Assembly (NCBI GenBank): GCA_044229975.1
Contig: JBGARZ010000002.1
Coordinates: 544,001 to 608,000 of the forward strand
Origin: Polyangiales bacterium
Lineage (GTDB): Bacteria > Myxococcota_A > Polyangia > Polyangiales > Ga0077539
Direction: 5' to 3'
DNA length: 64,000 nt
Part shown: one piece after another, positions 21,220-30,610 of the stretch
How the letters are laid out: every line of letters begins with the position of its first letter
Numbering within the stretch: the first letter of the stretch is position 1
Notes under the pieces: generated by a model
What the model was told of the DNA's origin: nothing
Databases searched by the model: none
What the model saw: the letters and a program-made list of their open reading frames with translations, nothing else
Program-made: the position numbers and the translations under genes

Positions 21220-22674
21220 ATGCGGTCATCAAGTTCGTTGGTTTTCATCCTCGCGGCGCTGAGCGCGGCCGCGGGCTGCTCTGACCCGGTCGGCAGCGGC
21301 AACAACACGCCGGTGGACTCCGGCAACCCCGCCACCGATCGCGGCGCGGTCGCCGACACCGGCACCCAGACCCCGACCGATGGCGGCACGACCATGGACA
21401 CCGGCACCGTGACCCCGACCGACGGTGGCACCACCGGCGACCGTCCCGGCGTCGTCGACGCGGGCCCGCCGGTCGACCCCTGCGCCGCGGCCTCCGTCAT
21501 CGACCTCAACGCCATGGGCATGCGCTCGGGCGCGACCACCCGCATCACCCGCAGCAACGCCACGGTCGCCCGCAACAGCACCGTGCGCGCGAATTGCCAG
21601 AACAACTCGGTCGCGGTCACCGCGTTCCGCTACACCCCGACGGCGACGGGTCCGCTCGCCGTCTCGACGGACAACGCCGGCACGACGCCCAACAACTTCG
21701 ACACCGTCGCCTGGGCGTACGCCTCGTGCGCGGCGCCCACGGGCGACGCCGGCTCGGGCTCGCTCGGCTGCAACGACGACAGCGCCACGGCGCCGCGTAC
21801 GCTGACCTCGCGCTTCACCACGACGGCGCCAGTGACCGCGGGCACCCCGATCTACATCTTCGTCGGCGGGTACGGCAGCGCGACCGCCTCGACCGGCACC
21901 TTCGAGCTCTCGGTCACCGAGATCACCACGGTCGCCGTGGGCGGCGCGTGCGACCCGATGCGCGTGATGAACATCTGCGCCACCGGCTCGGCTTGCGTCA
22001 CCGCGTCGGGCGCGTCCACCTGCGTCGCTGACGGCACCGCGGGTCGCCCCTGCCGCATGGCCGAGCCGCGCTGCGACACCGGCCTCGCCTGCAGCGCGAC
22101 CTCCGCGACCGCCAGCGGCGTCTGCCGCCGCAGCATCGCCGCGGGCGGCGCCTGCGCCCCGGGGTCGACCGACCTCTGCGCGACCGGCAACGCCTGCCTC
22201 CCGACGACCGCCACCGCGGGCACCTGCTCCATGACCACCACCGCGGAGACGGAACCCAACAACACCCCGGCGGCCGCGCAGGCGACCATCACCGCCGCGC
22301 GCATCTACTCGGGCATGGCGACCAACACCGACGCCGACTGCTTCCACGTCACCATCCCGATGGGCGCGGGCCTCTTCGCGGAGAGCACCCTCCCGGCGAC
22401 CCCGACCTGCCCCAGCGGCGTCGGCGGTGGCGGCGACGCCGGCACCGGCAGCCCCGACCCCGTCATCCAGGTCTACAACCCGGCGAACACGGAGATCGAG
22501 GACCTCGACGACGCGGACGACGCCACCGGCCGCGGCCTCTGCGGCACCGTCAACCCGACGGTGGACATGAACGCGCGCAACCTCGCGGCGGGCGTCTACA
22601 CGGTCTGCATCAAGGCGTACAACACGACGCCCATCAACTACCTGCTCACCATCGGCATCATCCCCGGGGCCTGA
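21220..22674 (+). CDS. Cys-rich lipoprotein with PPC-like/ETEPNN domains
   Basis: Lipobox AAGC, LGCNDD, Cys repeats, ETEPNNT..A motif; GAGG SD upstream. Confidence 0.8.
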   Translation: MRSSSSLVFILAALSAAAGCSDPVGSGNNTPVDSGNPATDRGAVADTGTQTPTDGGTTMDTGTVTPTDGGTTGDRPGVVDAGPPVDPCAAASVIDLNAMGMRSGATTRITRSNATVARNSTVRANCQNNSVAVTAFRYTPTATGPLAVSTDNAGTTPNNFDTVAWAYASCAAPTGDAGSGSLGCNDDSATAPRTLTSRFTTTAPVTAGTPIYIFVGGYGSATASTGTFELSVTEITTVAVGGACDPMRVMNICATGSACVTASGASTCVADGTAGRPCRMAEPRCDTGLACSATSATASGVCRRSIAAGGACAPGSTDLCATGNACLPTTATAGTCSMTTTAETEPNNTPAAAQATITAARIYSGMATNTDADCFHVTIPMGAGLFAESTLPATPTCPSGVGGGGDAGTGSPDPVIQVYNPANTEIEDLDDADDATGRGLCGTVNPTVDMNARNLAAGVYTVCIKAYNTTPINYLLTIGIIPGA

Positions 22675-22698
22675 TCCCGGCGAGCGCCCTCCTCGCGC

Positions 22699-22722
22699 GA
22701 GGGTCGACCACCGTCGGCCCTC
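22699..22722. terminator. GC-rich hairpin between convergent genes
   Basis: GAGGGTCGAC-CACC-GTCGGCCCTC stem-loop; no U tract. Confidence 0.4.
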
Positions 22723-22742
22723 ACTCCCCCCTTCGAATCACA

Positions 22743-23891
22743 TCACGGCAGCGTGCGGAGACGATCCAGCATCTGGATCGCCGTCAGGTTGCGCATGTTG
22801 TAGCCGTACTGAAGTCCGGCCGCGGTGAAGTACGCGGGCTCGACGCTGCCGCCCATCGCGTACACCGACGGGTGGATGCGGTCGGACGACACCCCGCGCG
22901 ATGGCAGCGGCTGCATCGCCGCCCAGTAGTCGAGCAGCGGGATGTGCCGTGCGGCGGTGAGCGTGCGGATGGCCTCGTTGAAGCGCAGCGCGGAGGCCGC
23001 GGGGCCCGGCCCGTCGTTGCGGTCGGGGATGGTACTGACCACGGCGACGGTGCCGTTGGCCTCGATGATGTCGACGATGGTGCCGAGGTTGGCGCTGAAG
23101 GTCGTGACGGTGCCGCGGTCGATGTCGTTGGTGCCGTACATCACGATCGCCCAGGCGGGCCGCGTCGCCGCGAGCTCGCGACGGAGCGGGGAGGACGTTC
23201 CGCCAGAGAGGGCGTCGGAGGTGGTCCACCCCGCGGTGGCGCACACGCTGGCGCGGTTGAATGAGTTGCGCGCCTCACCATCCTGCCGATCGAGCGCGGT
23301 CGCACGAAACGCGCGGATGGTCGGGTCGAGCGCCGTGTAGGTGCCGAGCGAGCCCCAGCCGAAACCCACGTCGCTGAGAAAGCTCCCCGACTCGGTGATG
23401 GAGTCGCCGATCTTCGCGAACACCGTGACCCGGTTGCCCATCGCCACGCCGCGGTCGCGCACCTGGCGCACGTGGGCCACCGTCGCGAGGTCCCACGCGG
23501 GCAGCGCGACCCCGACGCCGGGGAGCGAACCGACGTCCTGGGTCGAGCCCGCGTCGCGAACGCCCACATCCGGCACGCCGACGTCCCGCACGCCCGTGTC
23601 GCGCACCCCAGCGTCGAGGGTGCCCGCATCGCGTGCTCCGAGGTCGGTCAACCCCGCGTCGCGTGTCCCGCTGTCGAGCACCCGCACGTCCACCACGGCG
23701 GTCCGATCGACGAACGCGTCGGTGCGCGACCCGCCGTCGAGCGCCGCGCCCACATCGGTGTCGACCATGGCGTCGTCCACGATGTCGACCACGTCGGGCT
23801 CCTCCAGCGGCGCCTCCCCCGGCCCGGTCGAACATCCCTCCGCGAAGCACCCCAGGGCCAGTCCGGCCGCGATCCACACTCGTCGTCGCAT
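22743..23891 (-). CDS. SGNH/GDSL hydrolase lipoprotein
   Basis: IGDSIT, YGTND, DRIHP; lipobox AEGC; D-x-G pentapeptide linker. Confidence 0.88.
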   Translation of the reverse strand: MRRRVWIAAGLALGCFAEGCSTGPGEAPLEEPDVVDIVDDAMVDTDVGAALDGGSRTDAFVDRTAVVDVRVLDSGTRDAGLTDLGARDAGTLDAGVRDTGVRDVGVPDVGVRDAGSTQDVGSLPGVGVALPAWDLATVAHVRQVRDRGVAMGNRVTVFAKIGDSITESGSFLSDVGFGWGSLGTYTALDPTIRAFRATALDRQDGEARNSFNRASVCATAGWTTSDALSGGTSSPLRRELAATRPAWAIVMYGTNDIDRGTVTTFSANLGTIVDIIEANGTVAVVSTIPDRNDGPGPAASALRFNEAIRTLTAARHIPLLDYWAAMQPLPSRGVSSDRIHPSVYAMGGSVEPAYFTAAGLQYGYNMRNLTAIQMLDRLRTLP

Positions 23892-23966
23892 GTACGCTGC
23901 CCGTCCTATATCACCGGGGCCGAAGGTTGATCGGTGCCTCCGCCGTTTCGGTGATACAACGCTGGT

Positions 23967-25310
23967 GTGTCGGCTCGTCCCTCGCGTCTCGTCGTCGGCG
24001 CACTCCTCTCGGGGCTCACCTTGCTGGGCGCGTCACGCGGCGCCGACGCCTACCCCTTCGAGCGGCGTCTCTCGCTGCGCGGCGAAGGCGCGCTCGGTCT
24101 GCTCGTCGCGTCGGCGGTGCAGGACGACTATCGCACCGGGCTCATCGTGCGAGGCACGCTCGGCGTGTCGCTCATCGACTCCCTGACGCTACAGATCTCC
24201 GCGGTGGAGGGAATCTTCCCGTCGCTGTCGCAGCCGACGTCGCTCAACACGAGCTTCCTGGGCGGGCTGCGCTTCGAGCCGCGGACGGTGCGGCCCGAGG
24301 GGCGGATGTTCGTCGACGGCAACGCAGGCGTCATCACCACCGGCTTCGAGCGGCGCTTCACCTTCGACTTCGGCGTCGGCTGGGAGTTTCAGATCTCCCG
24401 GTACTTCTACATGGGGCCGGTGATTCGCTACTCGCACATCGTCACCGAGGCCAACCCGACCACCGGGGCGAAGGAGGACGACGCGCACTACTTCAGCTTC
24501 GGCGTCTCGCTCTTCATCCGCCCCTTCCCGACGCCCATCGCGCGACGCGGCCGGCTCGTGGTGGTCGGCGCGGGCAACGAACCCGACGCCGACTACGACG
24601 GCGTGCCCGACTCCGTCGATCAGTGCCCGCAGGTGGTCGAAGACCACGACGGATTCGAGGACGAAGACGGCTGCCCCGACCTCGACGACGACAACGACAA
24701 CCTCCCCGACTCCGAAGACCGCTGCCCGCGCGCGGGAGAGACCGTCAACGGCTACGAGGACGAGGACGGCTGCCCCGACGAGCTCCCCGGCACGCGCGAG
24801 CACGTCGAGTGGAACGGCAACGAGATCCGCCTCCGGCAGCGCGTGTACTTCGCCGTCGGCCGCTGGCAGGTGCCGCCGCTCTTCAACCCGATTCTCACCG
24901 AGCTCGCGGACTTCCTCGTCGCCCACCCGGAGATCCGTCGGCTGCGCGTCGAGGGCCACTCGGACGACCGCGGCACCCGTCGCGAGGGCTTCGCGCTCTC
25001 CCTCCGCCGCGCGCAGAACATCATCGCCTTCCTCGTCAACCGCGGCGTCGCCCCGGCGCGGCTCTCGCCCGTCGGCTTCGGCGACACGACGCCCCTCGCC
25101 CGCGCCCACGACGAGGTCACCCGCGCGCGCAACCGACGCATCGAGTTCATCATCGCCGAGGGGCCGCTGGGTCGCGCGCCGCCGCTCCCGGAGGGCGTCT
25201 GGACGCCAGAGAACAGCGACAGCGTGCTGCCCCCGCAGTCCGATCCGACGCTGCCCATCGTGGCCCCGCCCGCGGACCCCGCGCCAACCACCACCACAAC
25301 GGCCCCATGA
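23967..25310 (+). CDS. OmpA family protein (beta-barrel + thrombospondin-3-like repeats + OmpA C-domain)
   Basis: DxDxDGVPD..D.CP repeats, EDEDGCPD, VEGHSD, LSLRRAQ, RNRRIEF. Confidence 0.9.
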   Translation: MSARPSRLVVGALLSGLTLLGASRGADAYPFERRLSLRGEGALGLLVASAVQDDYRTGLIVRGTLGVSLIDSLTLQISAVEGIFPSLSQPTSLNTSFLGGLRFEPRTVRPEGRMFVDGNAGVITTGFERRFTFDFGVGWEFQISRYFYMGPVIRYSHIVTEANPTTGAKEDDAHYFSFGVSLFIRPFPTPIARRGRLVVVGAGNEPDADYDGVPDSVDQCPQVVEDHDGFEDEDGCPDLDDDNDNLPDSEDRCPRAGETVNGYEDEDGCPDELPGTREHVEWNGNEIRLRQRVYFAVGRWQVPPLFNPILTELADFLVAHPEIRRLRVEGHSDDRGTRREGFALSLRRAQNIIAFLVNRGVAPARLSPVGFGDTTPLARAHDEVTRARNRRIEFIIAEGPLGRAPPLPEGVWTPENSDSVLPPQSDPTLPIVAPPADPAPTTTTTAP

Positions 25311-26356
25311 TCGGCCTCATCATCAACCCCAACTCCCGCAAGAACCGTCACCGCCGCGGTCGGGTCGCCCGCTTCGAGAAGGTGCTCGGCAAGCGCGGCC
25401 GCGTCATCGAGACGCCCTCCGTCGACGCCATCATCCCGGCGCTCAAGACCTTCGCCGCCGAGGGTCGCCGCTACTGGATCGCCGACGGCGGCGACGGCGC
25501 CCTCCACTGGATGATCAACGAGGCCATCCGCTTCTTCGGCGCCGCGCGCGCCGCCGAGGCCGCCGTGTACATGCCCACCGGCGGCGGCTCGGTGGACTTC
25601 GTCGCCAAGTACCTCGCCCTCAAGGGCGACCCGCACACCCTCGTCGGTCGCCTCGCCGACCGCGTCGCCGAGGGCCGCGACCCGGCTCCTCGCGAGGTCC
25701 CCTCGCTGCTCCTCCAGGGGCGACAGGTGGTCTACGGCGATGAGCCGACGGACTTCCGTCGCTACGGCTTCGGCAACGCGCTCGCGGGGTATGGCGCCAA
25801 CTTCTACGGCCCGCTCTACCGCGGCGAGGGCAAGCACGGCCCCGTGCAGATCGCACGGCACATCACCTCGGCCTTCGGCGCCGCCGCGCTCGGCGGGGCC
25901 TTCGCCGGGCCGCTCGCCGCCTTCAAGCCCGCGGCGCTGAAGCGCGCCGAGGAGGACTACCTCCGCCCGCTGCACGCCGAGGTTCGCATCGACGACGCGG
26001 TGCTGCGTGGCGATGACGGCCGCGCCATCGGCTCGCACACGGCGCTCAACTGCGCGTCGCTGCCGCTCAACCTCGCCGACATCATGCGGGTGTTTCCGCA
26101 GGCCGACGGGGGCCGGATGCATGTGCACGCGGGCAACGTAAGCGCGGCAGAAATGGCGCGGGTGTTCCCTGGGTTGATGACCGGTCGTTCGGTCAACCAC
26201 CTCCTGGCCAACGCCTACGATGGCCCGGCGAAGACGCTCGAAGTGACGTGCCAGGACGGCGACGAGATGACCCCCGTGATCGACGGCGAGCTCTTCTATC
26301 GCATCACGTCGCTGAGGGTCTCCATGGGACCGATGTTCCGCATGATCTCGCCGTAG
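25307..26356 (+). CDS. Diacylglycerol kinase catalytic-domain family protein
   Basis: IINPNSRK, DGGDGAL, PTGGGSVD, IDGE; ATGA overlap with the OmpA gene. Confidence 0.8.
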   Translation: MIGLIINPNSRKNRHRRGRVARFEKVLGKRGRVIETPSVDAIIPALKTFAAEGRRYWIADGGDGALHWMINEAIRFFGAARAAEAAVYMPTGGGSVDFVAKYLALKGDPHTLVGRLADRVAEGRDPAPREVPSLLLQGRQVVYGDEPTDFRRYGFGNALAGYGANFYGPLYRGEGKHGPVQIARHITSAFGAAALGGAFAGPLAAFKPAALKRAEEDYLRPLHAEVRIDDAVLRGDDGRAIGSHTALNCASLPLNLADIMRVFPQADGGRMHVHAGNVSAAEMARVFPGLMTGRSVNHLLANAYDGPAKTLEVTCQDGDEMTPVIDGELFYRITSLRVSMGPMFRMISP

Positions 26357-26391
26357 CCAACGGGGGCCGATACCGTTCATCATCACGGCGG

Positions 26392-29300
26392 GTGACGTTT
26401 CCGATCACGACGCGATTCCGGGCCATCGAGGTCCTCGGCCGAGGCGGCATGGGGGTCGTGTATCGCGCGTTCGATCACGAGGCCGGTCGCGTGGTCGCCC
26501 TGAAGACCGTGCGCCGCCCGAGCGGCGACGACCTGTACCACCTGAAGGCAGAGTTTCGATCGCTCGCCGACCTGTCGCACCCCAACCTCGTCGAGCTGCA
26601 CGAGCTCTTCGTCGACGGTGACCAGTCGTACTTCACCATGGAGGTCATCGAGGGCACGGGCATCCTCGATCATCTGTGGGGCGACGGCACCACCGCGACG
26701 GGGCCGGGCATCCCCCTCGACGGCATCGATCGCCTCGACCTCGTGCTGCCGAAGATCGTCGAGGGCATCGCGGCCATCCACCACGAAGGGCACCTGCACC
26801 GCGACCTCAAGCCCTCCAACGTGATGGTCACCTGGGAGGGCCGACCCGTCGTGCTCGACTTCGGCCTCGCCATCACCTGGCGCGACCTCGGCGCCGACCC
26901 CTCGACGTCGTCCTACGGGACCCAGTGCTACATGTCCCCCGAGCAGCTCAGCCACCAGGCGCTCGGCCCCGCGTCGGACTGGTTCGCGCTGGGCGCGCTG
27001 CTCTTCGAGGCCCTCACCGGCACCCTGCCCTTCCGCGGCACCGCCGAGGAGATCCTCGCGCAGCAGCGCCTCGGCCCGCCGTCACCGGCCGCGCTCGTGC
27101 CGTCGCTTCCTCCGCGCCTCGACACGCTCGTGCGTCGGCTCCTCGACCCCACGCCGAGCGCGCGCCCGGACTTCCTGGAGATCCTCCAGCTCCTCCAGGC
27201 GACGCCCGAGTCGCGCTCGTCGCTGCGCATGATGGTCTCCGTCGAGGCGCCCTTCCTCGGTCGTCGGCGCGAGCTCGACGCGCTCCGCGAGAGCGCCCAC
27301 GCGCTGGAGACGCAAGGGTGCTCGCTCGTGACCGTCGAGGGCGTGTCGGGCATCGGCAAGACCGAGATGCTCCGGCGCTTCCTCCTCACGCTGGAGGGCG
27401 AAGGGTCGACCCTCATCCTGCGGGGGCGCTGCCAGCCGCGGGAGTCCGTTCGCTTCAAGGCCTTCGATGGTCTCGTCGACGCGCTCAGTCGACACCTCCG
27501 ACGCATCGGCGATCGCGCCGCGGCGCTTCGCCCGCCCGACCTGCGCGACCTCCTGCGCCTCTTCCCCGTGCTCGCGCGCGTCCCTGGCTTCGAGCCCGCC
27601 GCCTCGGACGAGGCGCCCGCCGTCGACGACCCTCGCGCCGTCCGCCGCCGCGCCTTCGCGGCGCTGCGCCATGTGTTCACCGCCCTCGGCGCCACCTCAC
27701 GCGTCGTGCTCTGGATCGACGACGTTCACTGGGCCGACGAGGACAGCGCCGCCCTGCTCCGCGCGCTGCTCCAACCGCCCGCTCCTCCGCCCGTGCTGGT
27801 CATCGCGAGCTGGCAGCGCGAGCTCCGTGACGCGAGCGCGATGGTGGCCGCGCTGGAGTCCCTCGGCCGCGCATTGCCGACCGGGGCGTACACCGCGCTC
27901 TCGGTGGAGCCGCTCGGTGCGACCGACGCGCTTGCCCTCGCCCGTCGCATCATCGGCGACCGCGAGATCGACCTCGGCCTGCTCCTCGCCGAGTCCGGCG
28001 GAACGCCCTACTACCTCACCGAGCTGTGCCGCCGCGCGCGAGAGCTCCCGTCGGAGGCGGTGCGTCGGCTGCGGCTCTCGGACGTCATCGGCGAGCGCCT
28101 CGGCGCGCTGCCATCGGCCGAGCGAACCCTGCTGGAGTGCATCGCCGTCGCGGGTCGCCCGGTGCCGCGTGGGCTGCTGGTGCGAGCCGCGGGCGTGGGC
28201 GGCGCGGCGCGGCGGGCGCTGCTGCGACTCGGTGAGCTGCGGCTCGGGCGAAGTGCCTCGCTGCGAGACGGCGAGGTGGTCGAGATCTGGCACGACCGCG
28301 TGCGCGCCGCGGTGATCGCGGCATGCCCGCCCGAGCGACGCCGACAGACGCACGCGCGACTGGCCGAGGCGATGCTGGCGTCCGACGGGGCCGACCCCGA
28401 GGCGCTGGTGCTGCACCTGGAGGGCGCGGGCGACTCCGTGCGCGCCGCGGGCTTTGCGGTGGCCGCCGCCCAGCAAGCCGAAGAGGCGCTGGCCTTCGAC
28501 CGCGCGGCGACCCTCTACGCCGTCGCGCTCGCGCACCCGCCAGAGGGCACCAACGTGTCCGACCTGTGGCGACGGCGGGCCGATGCGCTGGTGTCCGCGG
28601 GTCGGGGCGGCGACGCGGCCGATGCGTTCCTTCGCGCGGCGGACTCCGCGACCGACGAAGCGGCCGACGACGTGCTCGACCTGCGTCGGCGTGCGGCCGA
28701 GCAGCTCTTGTTTTCCGGGCGCTACGAGGAGGGCCTGCGCGTGATGCTGGTGGTGCTCGACGCCGTGGGGGTGTCGCTCCCCCGGTCGCCGCGCGCCGCC
28801 ATCGTGTCGTCGCTCGTAGGACGAACCCGCTTCCTGGCGCGCACGCTCGGTCCGTCGACAGCCCGCGGTCGCACGCGCGTCTCGGCCCAGCGCCTCGACG
28901 CCCTGTGGACGGCGTGCGCCGCGCTCTCGATGGTGCAGCCCGCGCTGGCCGACGCGATGGGCGTGCAGCATCTGCTCGAATCGCTCGACCTCGGCGACCC
29001 CTCCCGCGCGGTGCGCGCGCTCGGCTACGAGGCCACGTGCGAGTCGTCGCTCGGCGGAGCCTTCTTCCGCAGCCGCTCACGCAAGCTGCTCGCCGAGACG
29101 GCGCGCCTCGCGGCCTCGACGGGCCGGCCCTACGACCGCGCGTGGTCGCTCATGGCGGACGGCACCACCGCGTGGCTGGAGGGACAGTGGGGCCGCGCGC
29201 TCGACCGCTGCGACGAGGCCCTCGCGGTGTACACGCGGGAGTGCCGCGGGGTCGCGTGGGAGACCGCCACGTCGCGCATCTACGCGCTCTCGTCGCTGGC

Positions 29301-30051
29301 GTGGTCGGGGCGCTTTGCCGACCTCGGGCGCCGCATGCCCGAGGCGCTCAACGAGGCCGAGGCCCACGGTGACCGCTTCGGCCTCGGCGGCTACTGCGTG
29401 GGACAGCAGGGGCTGCACTGGGTGGCCTCGGGTCACCTCGACGCGTGGCGCGCCTTCGCCGAGCGGGCGCGCTCGACGTGGCTGCCGGGGAGCTTCCACC
29501 TCCAGCGCTACTCGTACCTGGTGGCGGCGACGCAGGCCGACCTCGCGCGCGGCGACGGGTGGGGCGCCTTCCACCGCATCACCTCGGAGTGGGCGGCGCT
29601 GGAGGCGGCGCAGTTTCTCCGACTGGAGGTTCCGAGCGTGGAGCTGCTCCAGCTGCGAGCGAGGGCGGCGCTCTCGTGCGCGGAGGGGTCGGCGCCGACG
29701 GCGCAGGCCGGGTGGTCGCGCGCGCGCTTGCTGGCGCTGGTCGACGACGCGGCCGCGCGCATTGCGCGATGCCCGCTGCCCTTCGCGGCGCCGACGGCCG
29801 CGCTGCTGCGCGCGGGACGCGCCGTGCGGTCCGACCGGCCCGAGCGGGCGCGCGTCGAGCTCGTGGCCGCGGCCGAGGGCTTCGCGGCGGCGGGGATGGC
29901 GGCGCACCACGCGTTGGCGGCCTGGGAGCTCGCGACCATCGGCGCTCGCTCGGCGCCGACACCGGTAGAGACCGCGGCGTGGGCAGCGCGCGAGGCCATC
30001 GGCGACCTCGACGGGCTGCGGCGCGCGTTGCTGTGGGTCAGGAGTCGATAG
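26392..30051 (+). CDS. Ser/Thr protein kinase with AAA ATPase and TPR-like domains
   Basis: LGRGGMGVVY, VALK, HRDLKPSN, DFGLA, Walker A EGVSGIGKT, Walker B LWIDD. Confidence 0.92.
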   Translation: MTFPITTRFRAIEVLGRGGMGVVYRAFDHEAGRVVALKTVRRPSGDDLYHLKAEFRSLADLSHPNLVELHELFVDGDQSYFTMEVIEGTGILDHLWGDGTTATGPGIPLDGIDRLDLVLPKIVEGIAAIHHEGHLHRDLKPSNVMVTWEGRPVVLDFGLAITWRDLGADPSTSSYGTQCYMSPEQLSHQALGPASDWFALGALLFEALTGTLPFRGTAEEILAQQRLGPPSPAALVPSLPPRLDTLVRRLLDPTPSARPDFLEILQLLQATPESRSSLRMMVSVEAPFLGRRRELDALRESAHALETQGCSLVTVEGVSGIGKTEMLRRFLLTLEGEGSTLILRGRCQPRESVRFKAFDGLVDALSRHLRRIGDRAAALRPPDLRDLLRLFPVLARVPGFEPAASDEAPAVDDPRAVRRRAFAALRHVFTALGATSRVVLWIDDVHWADEDSAALLRALLQPPAPPPVLVIASWQRELRDASAMVAALESLGRALPTGAYTALSVEPLGATDALALARRIIGDREIDLGLLLAESGGTPYYLTELCRRARELPSEAVRRLRLSDVIGERLGALPSAERTLLECIAVAGRPVPRGLLVRAAGVGGAARRALLRLGELRLGRSASLRDGEVVEIWHDRVRAAVIAACPPERRRQTHARLAEAMLASDGADPEALVLHLEGAGDSVRAAGFAVAAAQQAEEALAFDRAATLYAVALAHPPEGTNVSDLWRRRADALVSAGRGGDAADAFLRAADSATDEAADDVLDLRRRAAEQLLFSGRYEEGLRVMLVVLDAVGVSLPRSPRAAIVSSLVGRTRFLARTLGPSTARGRTRVSAQRLDALWTACAALSMVQPALADAMGVQHLLESLDLGDPSRAVRALGYEATCESSLGGAFFRSRSRKLLAETARLAASTGRPYDRAWSLMADGTTAWLEGQWGRALDRCDEALAVYTRECRGVAWETATSRIYALSSLAWSGRFADLGRRMPEALNEAEAHGDRFGLGGYCVGQQGLHWVASGHLDAWRAFAERARSTWLPGSFHLQRYSYLVAATQADLARGDGWGAFHRITSEWAALEAAQFLRLEVPSVELLQLRARAALSCAEGSAPTAQAGWSRARLLALVDDAAARIARCPLPFAAPTAALLRAGRAVRSDRPERARVELVAAAEGFAAAGMAAHHALAAWELATIGARSAPTPVETAAWAAREAIGDLDGLRRALLWVRSR

Positions 30052-30610
30052 ACGACGCGCTGGAGATGAGTCCGCCTCGGCGGCGATCGGTGTCGCCCTC
30101 GATGGTGCGTACGGTCTGCTCCTGCAGCGTCACCATCTGCGAGCGCGGGTCGGACATCATCTTGCTGATGCGCACCATCAACATGTTGTCGACCATGAGC
30201 ACCGTGCGCTGGTTGGACAGCACCATGGACGCCGAGAGCTGCATCTCCCCGAGCCAAGGGCGAATGACCTGATCGAAGGCCCAGCGCGGGAGGATCACCG
30301 GCATCTCGGCCTCCATCACCGTCTGGATGTCGACGATAAGCTGCTGGACCTCTTCCTCCGAGAAACCCCGTGCCTTGACGCGCTCCTCCTTCCGGAGCGA
30401 CAGCACCTGCAGGCGCCCGCTGCGGCCCGACGGCAGGTCGATGCTCGCGCTGAGCTCCTTCGGATCCGGATAGTCCTTCCTGAGCGAGGCCTTGAGCATG
30501 TCGGCGTTGGCGCGCTTGTTGGCTACGGCGTCGGTGGCGACGTGACCGACGATCGTCACCAACCTCCCGATGGCGACGGCGAGCTTCTCAATCGGGGCGG
30601 CGATGGCCAT
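30038..30610 (-). CDS. Hypothetical protein (190 aa), last gene of the operon
   Basis: ATG (MAIAAPIEK) overlapping the oxidoreductase 3' end, GAGGA upstream; Met-rich, helical. Confidence 0.65.
   Translation of the reverse strand: MAIAAPIEKLAVAIGRLVTIVGHVATDAVANKRANADMLKASLRKDYPDPKELSASIDLPSGRSGRLQVLSLRKEERVKARGFSEEEVQQLIVDIQTVMEAEMPVILPRWAFDQVIRPWLGEMQLSASMVLSNQRTVLMVDNMLMVRISKMMSDPRSQMVTLQEQTVRTIEGDTDRRRGGLISSASSIDS

Noticed and set aside
24580..24785. GAC-rich repeats in the OmpA gene
   Set aside because: Ordinary thrombospondin-3-like Ca-binding repeats of this protein family
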